Source: Oikopleura dioica (lineage: Eukaryota > Animalia > Chordata). Taken from it: a stretch of 64,000 nt of DNA. The position numbers and the translations under genes are program-made. The notes below the pieces were generated by a model that ran no database searches, was not told the origin of the DNA, and was given only the letters and a program-made list of their open reading frames with translations. Positions 36,845 to 50,300 of this stretch are shown here, piece by piece (the first letter of the stretch is position 1; each line of letters opens with the position of its first letter). The stretch lies in the NCBI GenBank assembly GCA_907165135.1, contig OU015569.1, positions 868,001 through 932,000 on the forward strand, in the 5' to 3' direction.

Positions 36845-38944
36845 TTACAAGATTTGCTTTTTCAAAATTATTCTAGTTAGATGCTCGCCCAGACTTTTCC
36901 TCAGTAGGTTCGCCTGCTCCACGTCTGCTTCGTCTTTGATTTTTTGAAGAAAAGTAAGCTGAAAATATGAAAGAAATAAAATCGAAATCAAGAAGAAAAT
37001 CTTACCCGTTGTAGTGCTTTAGTAACTGAGACGATTTGCTTCTGCTTGAACATGACTTCATGGTCGAGCAGCACCATCGCTTGCCGTAATACGAGAGAAA
37101 GAATCTCTAAAAGAAGTCGGTTGATTCATTTTTCTTGAACAAAAGTTGTCTAACAGTACCTGCTTTCATTTCGTACTTCAGAAGTGATTCCAAATCCTCC
37201 ATTGCTTCTTGTGAGTTGTGATCCTTGAGCTTGCTGTGGAACTACAAAAACAGCATTAGTTTGAACAAATTTTCAGCACTCTCCACCTGTTTATATTTGT
37301 AGAGGAATATCAATTTCTTCGGAAGTTTTTCTTGGCACCTCCCGAGTTTGTCGATCATAAATGGCAGCTCCCAGTCGTCTTCTTCGTGAAATTTTCTCAT
37401 TACTTTCTCAGCAATCTAAGCAGTCATCCTTTAGAAATGTATTTAGGGCCTCATTTAGTACCTCCGAGCAAATGCTATCATTATTGGCCCTGATCGCCCA
37501 GCAAAGCGAGCTTCCGAATTCTTCCTTCGCAATGAAATGACGAGCTAAGAACAAAAATTTAGAATTAACTATAAAAAGAGTGATGATAATTTACCTGCTT
37601 TCTCAGCGATGCGTCTCTGTAAGTACATGACAGCTGTAAGATTTAGTTCTTTCGGAAGCCTGTACAGTTTTTCCAGTTCTGGTTCTTCTTCTACTTTTAC
37701 GCCCAAAATTGCAGTATTCAATTTTTCTCTCACCTAATGCGCGATCATTAAAAACAACATATAAGAGGGCAACTTACGTATTGAATATTTGTAAGAGAGA
37801 GAATATATCTAAGGCCAGTTTTGAAAAGCTTCCGCTGCTTTATCAAACTTTCAGCGTAGCTTTTCACGAAGCGCTCTCGGAGTTCTTGTACTTTCTTATT
37901 TTTGGGATCTGACTTTGCAATTAAATCTGCCATGTGGGCCGAGGGCCACCACGAATTGGAAAGCGAGACGAGCATGCGGAGGGTTTCTTCCTTGTCCAGC
38001 TCGAAAATACGGTTGATCAATTCATTAAGAATTGTGTTTTCTAGCGCTCCAAGGGAAGCTGGCGCGGAGGACGAGTGAATAACAGTACGTGGGTCTATCG
38101 TTGGGCAAGTGTAGTAGCACTAGAATCACAAAAAGTAAGCACACCCGTGCGCAGGAGTGTACCTTTGCGAGTAGAAGTCGATACCATTGACCGCATAGAT
38201 GCAGACAATCGTCAATGATTTGCTCGTCTCCGCACAGAATGCCGACAATTTTGACGATGTTTTCATCCTCGAATGAGTCGTTTTCTAGCGCATCGCTCAA
38301 ATCTTGCTGCCAATTTTCAAACGCTGTCTGGTACTGATTGATCGGGAAATTGGTGTATTCGGAGAGAAGCGGCTTGTTGAGAATGAAGTCGACGAGGACA
38401 CAGACTTCGTTTGAGCCGCCCTCGTCGAATTTCGGATGCAGCTTGAGCGTTTCTACAGCGTTTTCCATGTCAGCGCAGAGCAAGTGCCCGGCAATGGCGT
38501 CGAAGTAGTTTTGGTTGGTCGAAAGCGATTGCTGATTTGTAGACTCTGCGTCGATCGCCAGTGATTTCAGCTGGTCAGGGATTTTGTTGTGTTTCTGGCA
38601 CCATTGCATCAGCGACTCGAGCGTGTTTCCAGCTGCATCGATGCCGGTAATTTCAGAGTCGACCATCATGATTTCGATCAGTTCCCAAACTTCGCCCATT
38701 ACATCGTGGCTAAAGACAAGAAAAGTGAGAATTCGACCTTCCTGGCTTATATTTCTTACCCTTCTCCCTCTAGCTCTTTCAAGATCTGTCTGTACTTCCG
38801 CGTCGCCGCCGATATCGTCGCTGCCATCTCTTTAGAACACTTATTTGAGTCAATCTTCTGCAGTGCATTGAATACGGGAGCCAAGCGAATGCACAAATTG
38901 AAGCTGGCCTTCTCTTCCACATCGGCAAGTTCGTTGCTTTCCAT
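36845..38944 (-). CDS. NUP85: Nucleoporin Nup85
   Basis: VWELIEIMMV, ILCGDEQII...GQWYRLLLAK, SNSWWPSAHMADLI and LRERFVKSYAESL match recalled Nup85 motifs; multi-exon. Confidence 0.7.
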
Positions 38945-39018
38945 TCTAAATACACACAAAATGAGGCCCCCTAATTATATAATCTTTATATTCTATTCTT
39001 CCAGTCAACAATCAACTT

Positions 39019-41519
39019 TCAGCTTCGAGATAAAGAAAGATCATCTGCCGCGGTTCGCCGTCTTCCACCTTTATACTTCTTAGGGAATTGCTTCGTCTTC
39101 TGTTTCGAACTATCAGCGACTGATTTCTCAACGGTGAAAATGTCCGAGTGTCGCTGTTTTTCCTCCAACTAAAATTGTGAATAAAACCTGATCATTGAAA
39201 GTGCACGCAAGTACCGTTGCTGGCGCAATGATCTGTCCTGGCGTCTGTAGAACACTGGGCTGGGTCATTTCCCTGAAACTAGCAGCAGTGTTCCACGTGT
39301 TTCCGATAGGCTGCGACATGGCCTTGTTAAACTGCTCCGCGTTCTGGTAAGGGAACGGTAGCTGCTTCACCCGCTTGCCATCCATCTTGCTTGCGCTCTC
39401 AGAAATAATGACATGGCCCAGCTGACGATCAGCACGAGGCGCCATCTTCTGCTTCATTCTAAATCGTCGCTTCTGCGCTCTCGACGGTTTGAAGTCTTCG
39501 CCCGCCCAAGCGCCGTTGAATCCGGGCAGAATCAAATCCACGACTTTTCCCTTTTCTTCCTCAGCCGTGTCTTTTTTCGATTGTTTGAAAGATTTCACGA
39601 TGTCGTCGTCCTGGAAAGCTTCTCGAATCGACGTCGTCTGTCCATCTTCATCGATCGTATCAGGCAGGGAGGTGGACAGATGATCTGATTGCTTCAGCAC
39701 CTCTAAAAACAAAAGCTAGAACTTATTTTATCAATTTTAAGGCTCACTTGTTGTATCAATTGTTTCTTTTTCGCTGACACGCTTTTTCGGTCGTTCTTCT
39801 TCAGCTTTTTCGGATCCAGTAGCTGGGACGAGCTCAACTGGAACAGACTCTTCCTGAACTTCTTTCTCTGGCTCTTTTACTGCTTCATCGGCACTTCCGT
39901 CCTCATCTGAACTGTCTGTATCTTTGTTCAAAAGTGCTTTCCGCCTTCTGCGTTCCATGTGCGCTTCCAATTCCAATTCTAGAACAATCAAATTAGAACA
40001 GGTAAATGCCCGCTTAAGTTTACCAATTTCTGTCTTTCTCGGCGTGATAGAGGTGGAGGAGCTTTCAAAGTCCTTGCTCTTCACACTCGGCAAGTTCATT
40101 ACTCCCTTTTCTTCGCCTACAATCTTATCTGCATTTTCGGCCGCGGTTTCCAAGTTATCGACGACTTCTTCAGCATCTTTCGAAACTTTGAACCATTCGT
40201 TGTCTCCCATCTGCTGGATGATACTAATTGCGCTTGCAGACGGTCCAGTCTGCTCGGTCTCTTCTGCATCACTTTCTTCTTCTGTGTCTGATTCGACAAT
40301 TGCTTCGTTGACTCTTTCTCGATTTTTTTCGCGAATTGCGTTTTGCTCATTCACTTGTTTCAAAATATCATCGTCTTTGTGGATAAGTTTCTTTCTTTTC
40401 ACCTAAATTTTCAAATGAAAATCAGCTTAATTTTTATAAGAACAACCTTTTGCGACCATTTACTTCCAGCAGAACTGTGTTTCAAAGTAGCTCGATCCTC
40501 GGCTCTTCTTTTAATTGCCGCATTTGCTGCCTCGTCTTCATCCTTCTTTTCATCTTCTCCTCCTTCTCGGAGGATACGTTCTTGTTCCTTTTTCTCGCGT
40601 TTTCGCAAATGACGATGGAACGTTTTTGACTTGATCTTTCGCATGCGCCGGGCTTTGACTTGGTACTCCGCTGAAATTTAATTTTAAAAGAAAAATGACA
40701 GGGCCGATTCTCATACATTGAAGAATTCGATGCTTTCTGAGCTCCATTTGTCTGAGCTTAGCTTCCTGGATCGAAACGGAGCTCAGTACTCGTTTCTCAG
40801 CCATCGAAAGCTCATCGTCTCCAGTAGGAACATACTCGTTGCCATTCAGAAGCGCATCGAGTTCCCTCTCGACTTCTGTCCCGAGTTTTCGCTTTCGCGC
40901 TTCAGACGGGACAATTTGCACTTTTTGGTTGACATCGCGCAGATCTATTTGACTGCCGTGGCGTATGTTCTTGACGTAGTCGTCCCATCTTCCCAATTTC
41001 GTCGATGTCTGTTCATAGATTAGCTTTCGCGTGAGTTTCTTGCTCTCTTTCGATTCTAGCGGTGTCTGCAGAAGATTATGGCTTCGGAGAACTTTGTTGG
41101 TTTGTTTTTTGAGAGAAGCGTCGGATTTCTTGGGAAGTTGATTTACTAAAAATAATGCGATTGACTTTCAAATATACTTCGAAGTGAGAGCAAGTGAGCC
41201 CGACAACCTGTGTAAAAAACCTGAGTCAGGGTCAGAGAGATCTCCAGGTAGCGGATTTTTTAATAACGAAGCCGCAAAGCGTCTTCTTTCCGTATCACTT
41301 TTCAAATTCTGACGATCTTTCAGACTCTGACTCAGGTTTTATACACAAGTTGCGGAGCCTAGAACTGGAAACTTTACATTTGAGCTTGGATTTGCCTCCA
41401 ATGGCAAAAGCCGAACGATTGCTCGAGAGCATCGTCCTCTCCTTCTCCTTCTCGACTTGCTGCTTATCATTTATCTGCTTTATCGCATCAAAGAGAGACA
41501 CGTCCTCGTCCTCCGCCAT
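39019..41519 (-). CDS. UTP14: U3 snoRNA-associated protein 14
   Basis: GRWDDYVKNIR, EAKLRQMELRKHR...YQVKARRMRKIKSKTFHR, HSSAGSKW, LILPGFNGAWAG, LPFPYQNAEQF...QPIGNTWNT. Confidence 0.85.
41194..41362. mobile_element. MITE family A copy in UTP14 intron 1
   Basis: TIR cores; flanked by ordinary intron sequence on both sides. Confidence 0.8.
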
Positions 41520-41937
41520 TTTTTTATAAATCTTATGATGGAACGATTTTTATTTAGCTGTCCGAATACAAGGCTGGTTTTTCACACAGTAAATTAAATA
41601 GTTTTGAACTTGAAGAGCAAGAACGGGTAGGTGCTTATTTTGAATGCTGAAATGACTGTGCTGGAAATAATAAATAGAAAGAGAACAAACTCAATTTGTT
41701 TTTTGAAATCTGTTTTTTTCTCTTTTTAACATCTGCTTATTGGAAATTGAAAATTGAAGGGAGAACAGGGTTGAAGAACTTGCAGATCAGCTGCTATCAG
41801 TTTGAAGAGTTTCGTTGTTTTTTGCAGTCCTCAATTTTTGGGAGAACTAGAAAGAGACGTCAGTTTGCTTCATGAAAACTTATCAAGGTAGGTTGCAATC
41901 GGTGAATTTCAAGAATCATGCAGAGAGTGAACTCGAA

Positions 41938-42066
41938 CTCGACCAGCAAACTGTTGAGAAAACCTGAGTCAGGGTTTTTAAAAGGCTTCAATTAAAAGCC
42001 ACATAGTTATTATTGAAGCTCTTTCAATTCCTGACTCAGGTTTTCTACTCAGGGTGCAGCGCCCAG
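41938..42066. mobile_element. Degenerate MITE family A copy (intergenic)
   Basis: AAAACCTGAGTCAGGG ... CCTGACTCAGGTTTTCT...GCCCAG. Confidence 0.75.
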
Positions 42067-42286
42067 GCTCAATAAAAGGTGACACCAGGGGGGACCTCCA
42101 TCAGTATGGCTCCCATACTAATTGGGATGAATTAGTGAATGGTTGTTTTTGTATAGGATTAATAATGAAGAATGATATATTGACAAAAATGATTTTGTTT
42201 TTTCCTCACATGGCGATTTATTAAAATCAACTCTTTTCAAAAGGGACTCCGGTCTTCCGCTAAATTTGTGATTATAAGCAAAGCGT

Positions 42287-44374
42287 TTAACACTTCAACT
42301 TGAACTGAAGAGTTAGTATAAATGAATATTGTAACTCCAAGTAAGAACTCTCAATATCGGGAAAAAGCTAAAAGCCAAAGCTTGAAAGATTTGACTTTTA
42401 CCGATATTGAAAAGTAAACCCGAGATCCAAACCTTGTTTTGTCGAATAGACTGGCGTAATTGGCCCGAATCATCGATTGGTACTCTGGATGCCAGGTTTT
42501 CGATCGCACCCACTCGGCAACATTGTGAGGCTCTGGTCGGTAGGTCGCCAGTTCAGCGTCGAAGAGGTACTTTGCTACGTCGATGGCGACTTTTTCGGAG
42601 ATCTCTCGGATGCGGTCCAGATCGGGGTAGACGGCTCCCTTGGCTACTTCTTCCTCGGAAAGCTCGGAAGCAACCCGCTAGAATTGCGGCTGAAAATTCA
42701 GAAAAATAAATAGGGCTTACCTGAGCAGCAATCAAAAATGCTCTATCGTTGATGGTAGTGGCGCCGGTGAGAATGCAGGCTAACGCAACTCCAGGGAAAA
42801 TGTAGACGTTGTTTCCTTGTCCGGGGACGAACTCCTGTCCATTAACAGTCACGGAGTTCATTGGAGAGCCACAAGCGAACACACACTGACCTGTAAAATT
42901 TCAAAGATTAACTCAAATTTCTAAAAAGTTAAGTTTTACCATTGGTGTGGTTGTAAGCGTCTTCGGAGGTGCACTCAGCTCTTGAAGTCGGGTTCGAAAG
43001 AGCAAAGATAATCGGTCGATCGTGGTTTGCCGCCATCTTCTTCAGAATGGCAGGTGTAAACTTTCTTCCGGCACCAGCGAGGCCAATGATGGCGGATGGC
43101 TTGAGCGAATCAACGGCGTCTTCGAAGGTCTTCACCTGTTCGTGGTCGTGAGCGAATTTAATTTGCAGGGGATCGAGATCCATTCGGTTGGAAGTGATCA
43201 GACCGTCGACTAGATTCAGTTGCTACAGATTCGATAATGGACTTGATGACTTACTGTCGAAGAGCCAGATCTTTCTGTACGCTTCAGCTGGACTGACGCC
43301 CATATCTCGGAGAAGAAGAACAAGAAGATTGGCAACACCCAATCCTGCTTCTCCAGCACCAAGGAAGAGGAACTTCTCCTCGGAAATTGGCTTTCCAGTG
43401 ATTCGGGAAGTCGCCAAAAGACCTGCCACAGCACAGGCAGCAGTTCCTTGGATATCGTCGTTGAAAGTTAAATATCGGTTCTTGTATTTTCGCAGCAGCT
43501 AAATTCAATAAATTGAATAGAAATCTATTCATAAATGAAAGTACCTTGAAAGCGTTGTGATTTCCGAAGTCCTCAAACTGAATGAGCACTTGTTTGCCCC
43601 ACTTGTGAGTGACTGCTTGCATGAATTCTTCGATGAATTCTTCGTATTCTTTTCCCTGGACTCGGGGAAGCTTGATGCCAGGGTACATTGGGTCGTTGAG
43701 TAATTCTTTGTTGTTGGTTCCAACATCGATCTATTTTATATAAAAAATACTCACAAGAAAAACGGAATACTAACCTGGATTGGGAGAGTCATATCAGGTC
43801 GAATACCAGCGCAAGCAGTGTAAAGAGCGAGTTTACCGATTGGGATACCCATTCCCTGGCAACCAAGATCGCCAAGACCGAGGATTCGCTCGCCATCAGT
43901 GACAACGATAGCCCGGACGTCCGTTTCTGGCCAGTTGTCCAGGATGGAAGCGATATGGCCTTTGTCGTGGATGGTGATGAAGAGGCCGCGGGGTCGGCGG
44001 AAGATGGCGCCGAATTTTTGGCAGGCGAGGCCGACTGTGGGAGTGTAGATGATCGGCATGTATTTCTTGACGTCAGACTGGACGAGGCGATAGAAGAGGG
44101 TTTCGTTTCGCTCGTAGAGAGCCATCAGGAACGAGTATCGGGCCAGATCGGAGGCTTCGTACTCGTACTGTTTCTTCAGTCGCTCGAGCTGCGTGTCCAT
44201 ATCGAAGACGGCGGGAGGGAGGAGGCCGTGGATTCCGAGGGCCATTCGCTCCTCAATCGTGTACGCAGTTCCTTTGTTCACATGCGGATTTAGCAGGTAC
44301 GCCCGTCCGCCCAAGTTCGTCTTCGCAGAGGCGACTGTTCGCGTTGCGACTCTATTCGACGTCCTGTTTAGCAT
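42287..44374 (-). CDS. ME-like: Malic enzyme, probably mitochondrial (presequence-like N-terminus); exact 3' end uncertain
   Basis: [86 protein letters not shown]. Confidence 0.95.
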
Positions 44375-44603
44375 CTTCTGAAAGAAATAATCGAATCTTC
44401 AAAAAAGTAAAATCTCGAAAGTCTCGCTTACAGCTAATCGCTACAGTCAGTTGACCTTGCAAGAGGTTCACATGGGAGACAGAGAGAGAGTGCTGACACA
44501 CCCCCTTTTCAAGTTGTTTTTTGTCACGTCTTTTATTACAATTGTAACTATTGTACACGCAAGATTTGATTGCAGATTTGATTATATAAAGTATTAAAGT
44601 ATA

Positions 44604-46242
44604 TTAGTCTAGATCGTCGACGTCTTCGTCGGCCGGGGGCGCAGCTGGTTTAGGAGGAGCTGATTTACTCGATTGGCTCTGTGGTTGGTTCATCATTCCA
44701 GAGAACATATCGTTGGCCATGTTCATTAGCGCGCCCATGTCGAGTCCAGCAGGAGGACCTAAATTGCGTTAGAGAGCACTTAGCACATCGTTTATCAAAA
44801 ATCAACACGAACACGTACCAGCAGAGTCGTCATCGTCATCGCTATCACTGGACAGCGGCCTGCCGCCCATCAAAGATCCGATAATGTCCATAAGTCCTCC
44901 TTGCGGGCGACTCTTTTTCTCAACAATTCCAAAATAAATTTCCCCGATTCGTATAATATATTCCATCAGAGTTGGATCGGGCTCCGCTAGGAAAGGCTAC
45001 CTTGGTTTACTTTTGAAGGATTCGGATAGGAACTCACTTGGTATGCGAAATTAAGAAATTTAAATGCCTTGACGTCTTTTGAATCTATCGTTTTTAGCAG
45101 GAAGAAGCAATAATTTAGTAGAGGGTAGTTGGAGGGAAATCGCGACTCGAGTTGGGGGTGGAAGCGGGAGAAAGCTTGAAGAAATTCGTTTGCAACGGGG
45201 ACTGTGTGCTGGTGAAGAAGTTGGAGGGTCATCTGCGTGCAGATTAGCTCGACCTCGCTCATGTTTCTCGAGCTATATTCTGTCAACTGAAGGTAACGGT
45301 GAGAAAAGGCAGCTGGAATAGGCAGCGCGTGAAGAAAACCTGTCTCAGGGTTTGGAAGACCTCTAATGAAAGCCGTAAAGCGGCTTCGTAAGTTATCTTT
45401 CCAATTAATTTTCAAATACTCATGAAGAAACCGCTAAGAAGCTATTCAGCTAATTCAGGACCCTGACTCAGGTTTCCATACAGGTTGCTGGGCATAAAGA
45501 AGATATTCCTTACCTGGGCTAGAAATTTGGCAATTTCGCGACCGTTTTCGGAGTACTGAAAGTGTTGCCTAGCCAAAGTGATCGTAACCGTAAAATCTTC
45601 CATGTTCTTCGCCGATCTCGCCTTGTCCGAGGCTTGGACGTAGTTTTGCGCAAAGGCAAGACGGGTCTTCGGGTGGCCCATCGGATTTTCGCAAATTTCG
45701 CCAGTGCGTTTGAGAATGCGCCGCTCGAACTGCTCGCGCTCGGGCTGCTCGAACTCGAGGCACTCGATCGTCGATTTGTGGATTTTGCCAATTTGCTCGT
45801 GATTCGTTTCCGTCAGTTTTTCCACATCGTCGAGGATGGAGCAATAAAGAAGACCAAGATCGGAGGCGGAGCCGCTCTGTTTCAACTCGTACAGCTCCAG
45901 AATGCCCTTTGTGATTAACTGCAGCGCGTCCTGGTGCTTCTTTGACGTTCTATAAACAATTGAAATCAAGAAACTTCCAGGATTCCGATTGTCTCTGACT
46001 GATTTTTGCTAGTATTCTCAAAACGTTCTGCTGAAAATCGTGAAGCTTGCCCAATAGTTGCTCAATTAGTTGAATAACAATCAGAATATGAGCGAAAATC
46101 ATTCAGTCAGCAATCAGAATAATCGAGAGAGACACCTGTATCTGGAAGCTAGTGTTCTAATCATCTGATGAGCTTCGTAGTATTCTCCTTCTGCGATTTT
46201 GGACGACAATCGCGCCTCGATTCGCGACACGCCTCTACTCAT
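44604..46242 (-). CDS. GET4: Golgi to ER traffic protein 4 (TRC35)
   Basis: GEYYEAHQMIRTL, GHPKTRL, ARQHFQYS, PLLNYCFFLL, DPTLMEYYTRIGEIYFG. Confidence 0.85.
45318..45495. mobile_element. Degenerate MITE family A copy in a GET4 intron
   Basis: ACCCTGACTCAGGTTTCCATACAGGTTGC arm plus a decayed left arm and hairpin modules. Confidence 0.7.
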
Positions 46243-46759
46243 TCCCTTTTCTTTCTGAAAATAGAAAATGAAAATCGGCTACATTGTAACTCATTTGAAA
46301 GTCATCATTTTCGGCTAAAGTAAAGAAGCTCAAGATTTCAAAGCTAGAATTTTTACTAGAAAAAATAGGATCAATTATTCTAGAGAATGAATTGACAGCT
46401 TTTTCAATACAAACTTTCCAGCTAAGAAGAAATTCTAGCTTCTTTCAGTCGGAAAAGAACTGAATTAGCTTCTGCAACTAAAACTATAATTTTTCACTAA
46501 AAACGAAAAATTTTATGTTTTTTAATTGAAGATTGGTTTTCAAAAACCGGGAACTTTGAGAAGATATTAATTTTTTGTTTAAATTTTTTTTAAATAATAA
46601 AAAATCAAAAGGAAGAAGGTAATCTTATCAAAATTATTTTTTAAGAAATCATAATGATAACTGAACCGCAAAAACCATCTCTACAACTTCTCTATAACAA
46701 GTGAAGGAGAGGAGGGTCTTTTTCTATGAGAAAATTCCCACGGTTGAAGAGAAGCAATT

Positions 46760-46815
46760 TCAAAAAGCGCGCGCAAATCAACGGCGCCTCTGATTGGCCC
46801 GCGCGTGGCGCAGCA
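46760..46815. promoter_or_regulatory. GC-rich island with an inverted CCAAT box in the divergent GET4/RIF1 intergenic region (candidate bidirectional promoter)
   Basis: GCGCGCGCAAAT...CTGATTGGCCCGCGCGTGG within AT-rich sequence between head-to-head genes. Confidence 0.3.
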
Positions 46816-47314
46816 GTCCTCCTGATTATCGGTGGATTACTGTAGCTCACTTCCACTGCCGGAGAAATTCGACAAAGAGAGAAGAAATAAATTAGAATTT
46901 TTTCTTGAGCCGATCAGGCTCATTTCTGGACTGATCCTAAAGGAACGGAATAAAATAATTAATCATATTATAAATATTGTTAGATAATTTGGTTAAAATA
47001 TTTTTTCTTAAATTTTTCAGAATCAATGATTTTAATGCGTCTTAGCGGAAATTTCAGGACAAAAAGTCGGTTTTTTCGAGAAAAAACGATAAAAATCTTA
47101 AATCTGGGAAAATACGGTTGTTGAAAAATTTGAACTCCGACAACTTTTTTATCGATAAATATCGTTGCTCTTGCGCTCCTCTTTTCTTCTTAAATTTTGA
47201 CAGTTGGAAAATTTCAGTTTCAAAACACAGAAATTCAGATTTTCGAATTTTCCTGTGTTCATATTTATTTGATTTTTAATCCGGCCAAAAAGGTTTACGA
47301 CAAATTACTGAGAA

Positions 47315-50300
47315 ATGGAGCGAGACAATTCCAAGCAATGGAAGGTTCTTCAAGGTAAGAAAAAATGACTCGAGCGAATGATTTGAATTTTCGACTTTCA
47401 GAGTGGCGGCGAAAGGGAGGATCGGTCCAAAATGACTCTGAGCTATACGGCCTCGGAAAGAGGTTCCTCTCGATCTGGCACGATACGAGCATCATGACCG
47501 ACGAGGAAATGCGCTCTTTCGGAAAGTATCTCTACGAGAAAGCGAAGCCGGAGGTCCAAGAAAAGTGGGGAAAAGTAATCGACAACTATTCTACCCACTG
47601 GGGCGCCAACGACAAACTCACCAAGTTAACTGTCAAGCAGGGCAAAAAGGTCCGCGACTACGAGAAGATGGAGGACGACAAAATCTCCAGAATGATAGGT
47701 AAGAAGGTTCCTGCTCAGCTTCCAGAGCTCAGATCCTCTCCTATTTCTCGTATTAATTTTTTTGCTTCTAGTCTGCTGGGAAATGGCCTTCCAGTGGCTG
47801 GGACCGTTGGCCGACTATCGCTCGCTGATCAAGCTCTGGCTCGCCTTCGGCGAGGAAATGGTCAACAACCGTTTAGCGAAAAACACCAAGCGAGACTGGA
47901 TTAAAGAAATGCTAGAGCTCTGGCCGCACTTCTGCTGGAACTTGCGCGAGCAGATCCACAAGCAGAAGTTCATGGCGCTCTCCGTCAAGCCGGGCTTCTT
48001 GACTGTCTTGCGCATGCATCGCGTCAAGGTCCTCTATGCGAGCGGACGCGCGCGCTACTACAACCTCCATCCGTGGGTGGCCGAGGACTACACTCAAACC
48101 TTCGGCGCTGCGCTCGACACCCTCCTCGCCGAGACCAGCTTGGGCGAAGAAGATGAACAACAGGACCGCGTCGATTTCGCCGTGCTGATGGTGATGTCGC
48201 TCTGCGGCGCAGAAGGCGAGAAGCTGCTCCTCGAGGGCGGCGCTTTCGAGAAGTTCGATGTCCATCCTCTCGATGTAAAGAACTGTACCAAGGAGACGTT
48301 CGTTCTCATGGCGCCTTCGCTGGCCAAGCATTCGATTAAAATTCTCTCACTGATCAGCACTGGCTTCGCCAACGACTCGCTGTTCCCTGGTGGCATCGAA
48401 CGAATTATGCTCATCCTGCTTTCGATGCTTGGAGGCTGTGGTTTGAAAGCGCTCTCTTCGATCGGCCGAATAACCGACTACCTGACCGAGCAGTGTTCCA
48501 AGAACAACAACTGGCTCATCAAACTCGTCTGCGATCACCTCCATGCCGATGTGTTGCGAAAACGATTCGTGGCTGATGATACCAAAGAAGGCCTCAACTC
48601 GATCGCCGGTCGACTCCTCAAAATCATGCTGATGACGATGAAGGCCGACGATGCCAAGGTGTTCGTCGAGTTAATGCTCAGTGGTAGCGACAGTCATTTG
48701 GCTGCTCTTGAAGAGGTCACCTCCATCCTCGAAGATTCCTGCGCCCGGCCAAGCAGCAAATCAAGTAAACTCAAAACCGGTGAAAAAGAGTTTACTATTG
48801 TTACTGCTTGGGTCGGAGGAGCTGAAAAGTTCAAAGAGCGACTCACTGCTGGTGGCGACGTCTCTTCAGAGAGAAATAGTTGCGACTTGAGGATCCTGAA
48901 AAACTTCTTGTGCCTGCCCTTCCGGGTCAAGAAGATGGATCAGATTGAAACTGGTGCGTTTAAAGCCGACTTCACCAAGCTTCTTCCAGCCATGTCTCGC
49001 GCTTGGAAGGAACTCTATCTGGCCGTTCGCTCCGGCGCTGCACTCGTCCGAGGGTTCAACTCAGACGACTTCAATGTTGAGATCGGCACGGTTATTGGCG
49101 AAGAGGGAGTGAAGAACTATCAGCTAGCGACCCCTCTTTCTTTCATTTTGAGCATGTTGGCGGCGTCAGAGTCTAAGAAGATCTTCGACAACGAATCCGG
49201 TGACGGAGGCAGCGAATTTACTAAATTCTCCCAGCTCGTCATAAATATCCTTGACGAAGCAACCGGTCGTCCCCTCGAGAACTTCTCATGCCGCGGTACT
49301 GTCAGCGCTCTGAAGATCATGCAAAAGCTGATCGACAACCATGGCGAAAAGGCAGTCATGGTCCTTGGCAACATCATCACCGAGTTCGCCAAGGTTGCTC
49401 TAGCGAACAAAAAGAGTCTCATGTGGACTAACGCCACCGATTGCATCATGGATGTCTTGGAATCCATTTCCACCGCCAACCGGACACCAGGTAGCAATGA
49501 ACAAAACTTTCAAAACTTAATCGATTCTTCTAGCAAAAACTTTTCCTGGCCTCGAGCCGCTTTTCTCTTTGCTCCTTTCCAAAAGTCCGTTCACCGAGTC
49601 TCCGAAGCTGTGGGAGAGTGCTGGCAGGCAAGCTTCCTCGAGGATCATAATCAACTGGATATGTCCGAAAACTTCTGGCAGTTGATTAAGGTAATTTTCA
49701 ACCGACATTTTCATAAATCCAAAACGTTGAAAGTTTCAACTGAAATTACTTAATTTGTTATCGAGCAAATCTGATTTTGTCTTTTTAGATCCACTACAAG
49801 ACTGGAGACTGGGATCCTCCATCAAAGTTTCAACTGAAGTTGGCCACTACTTCAGCGACTGTTAATCAATCAGCGTCTGTAGCTGCTGCAGTAGGTGAGA
49901 GTGAAAAAGGGCCGTCTACGCCAGTTCGTGGAGCTCAAGCGCGAAAGGTTGGAACTCCTCAACGCAAGAATGGCACTCCCCAGCGTCGAAACGGGACGCC
50001 TCAGCGTAATGGAGGCACGCCGCAGCGATACAACCGCCAACTCGCTGCGCTTCAAGGAGCGACCCAATCTTCTCCAAAACGCCACCAAATCGCCGCCGTG
50101 GCGCAGCTGGAATTATGTCTTCGACCATTCGCGACAACGGTGCCACCGCCGATTTCACCATTATTGATTCTCCGATCAGTTTCAATAAGAAAAATCTAAC
50201 CGCGGCCCAACGCGAAAAAATGAAGGAAAAAGTCGGAGGAACAGGTCGGAACTGCGCTCTACAATCACGTGGACGACTCACAGTCCCGCATGTCTCAGTA

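Noticed and set aside
4313-45495. Family A copies in lectin, UTP14 and GET4 introns as intron-creating events
   Set aside because: Ordinary intron sequence with its own GT and AG lies on both sides of each element, so these are insertions into pre-existing introns.
50221-50250. Programmed ribosomal frameshift in RIF1
   Set aside because: No canonical slippery heptamer or downstream structure seen, and three other nearby breaks point to indel error.
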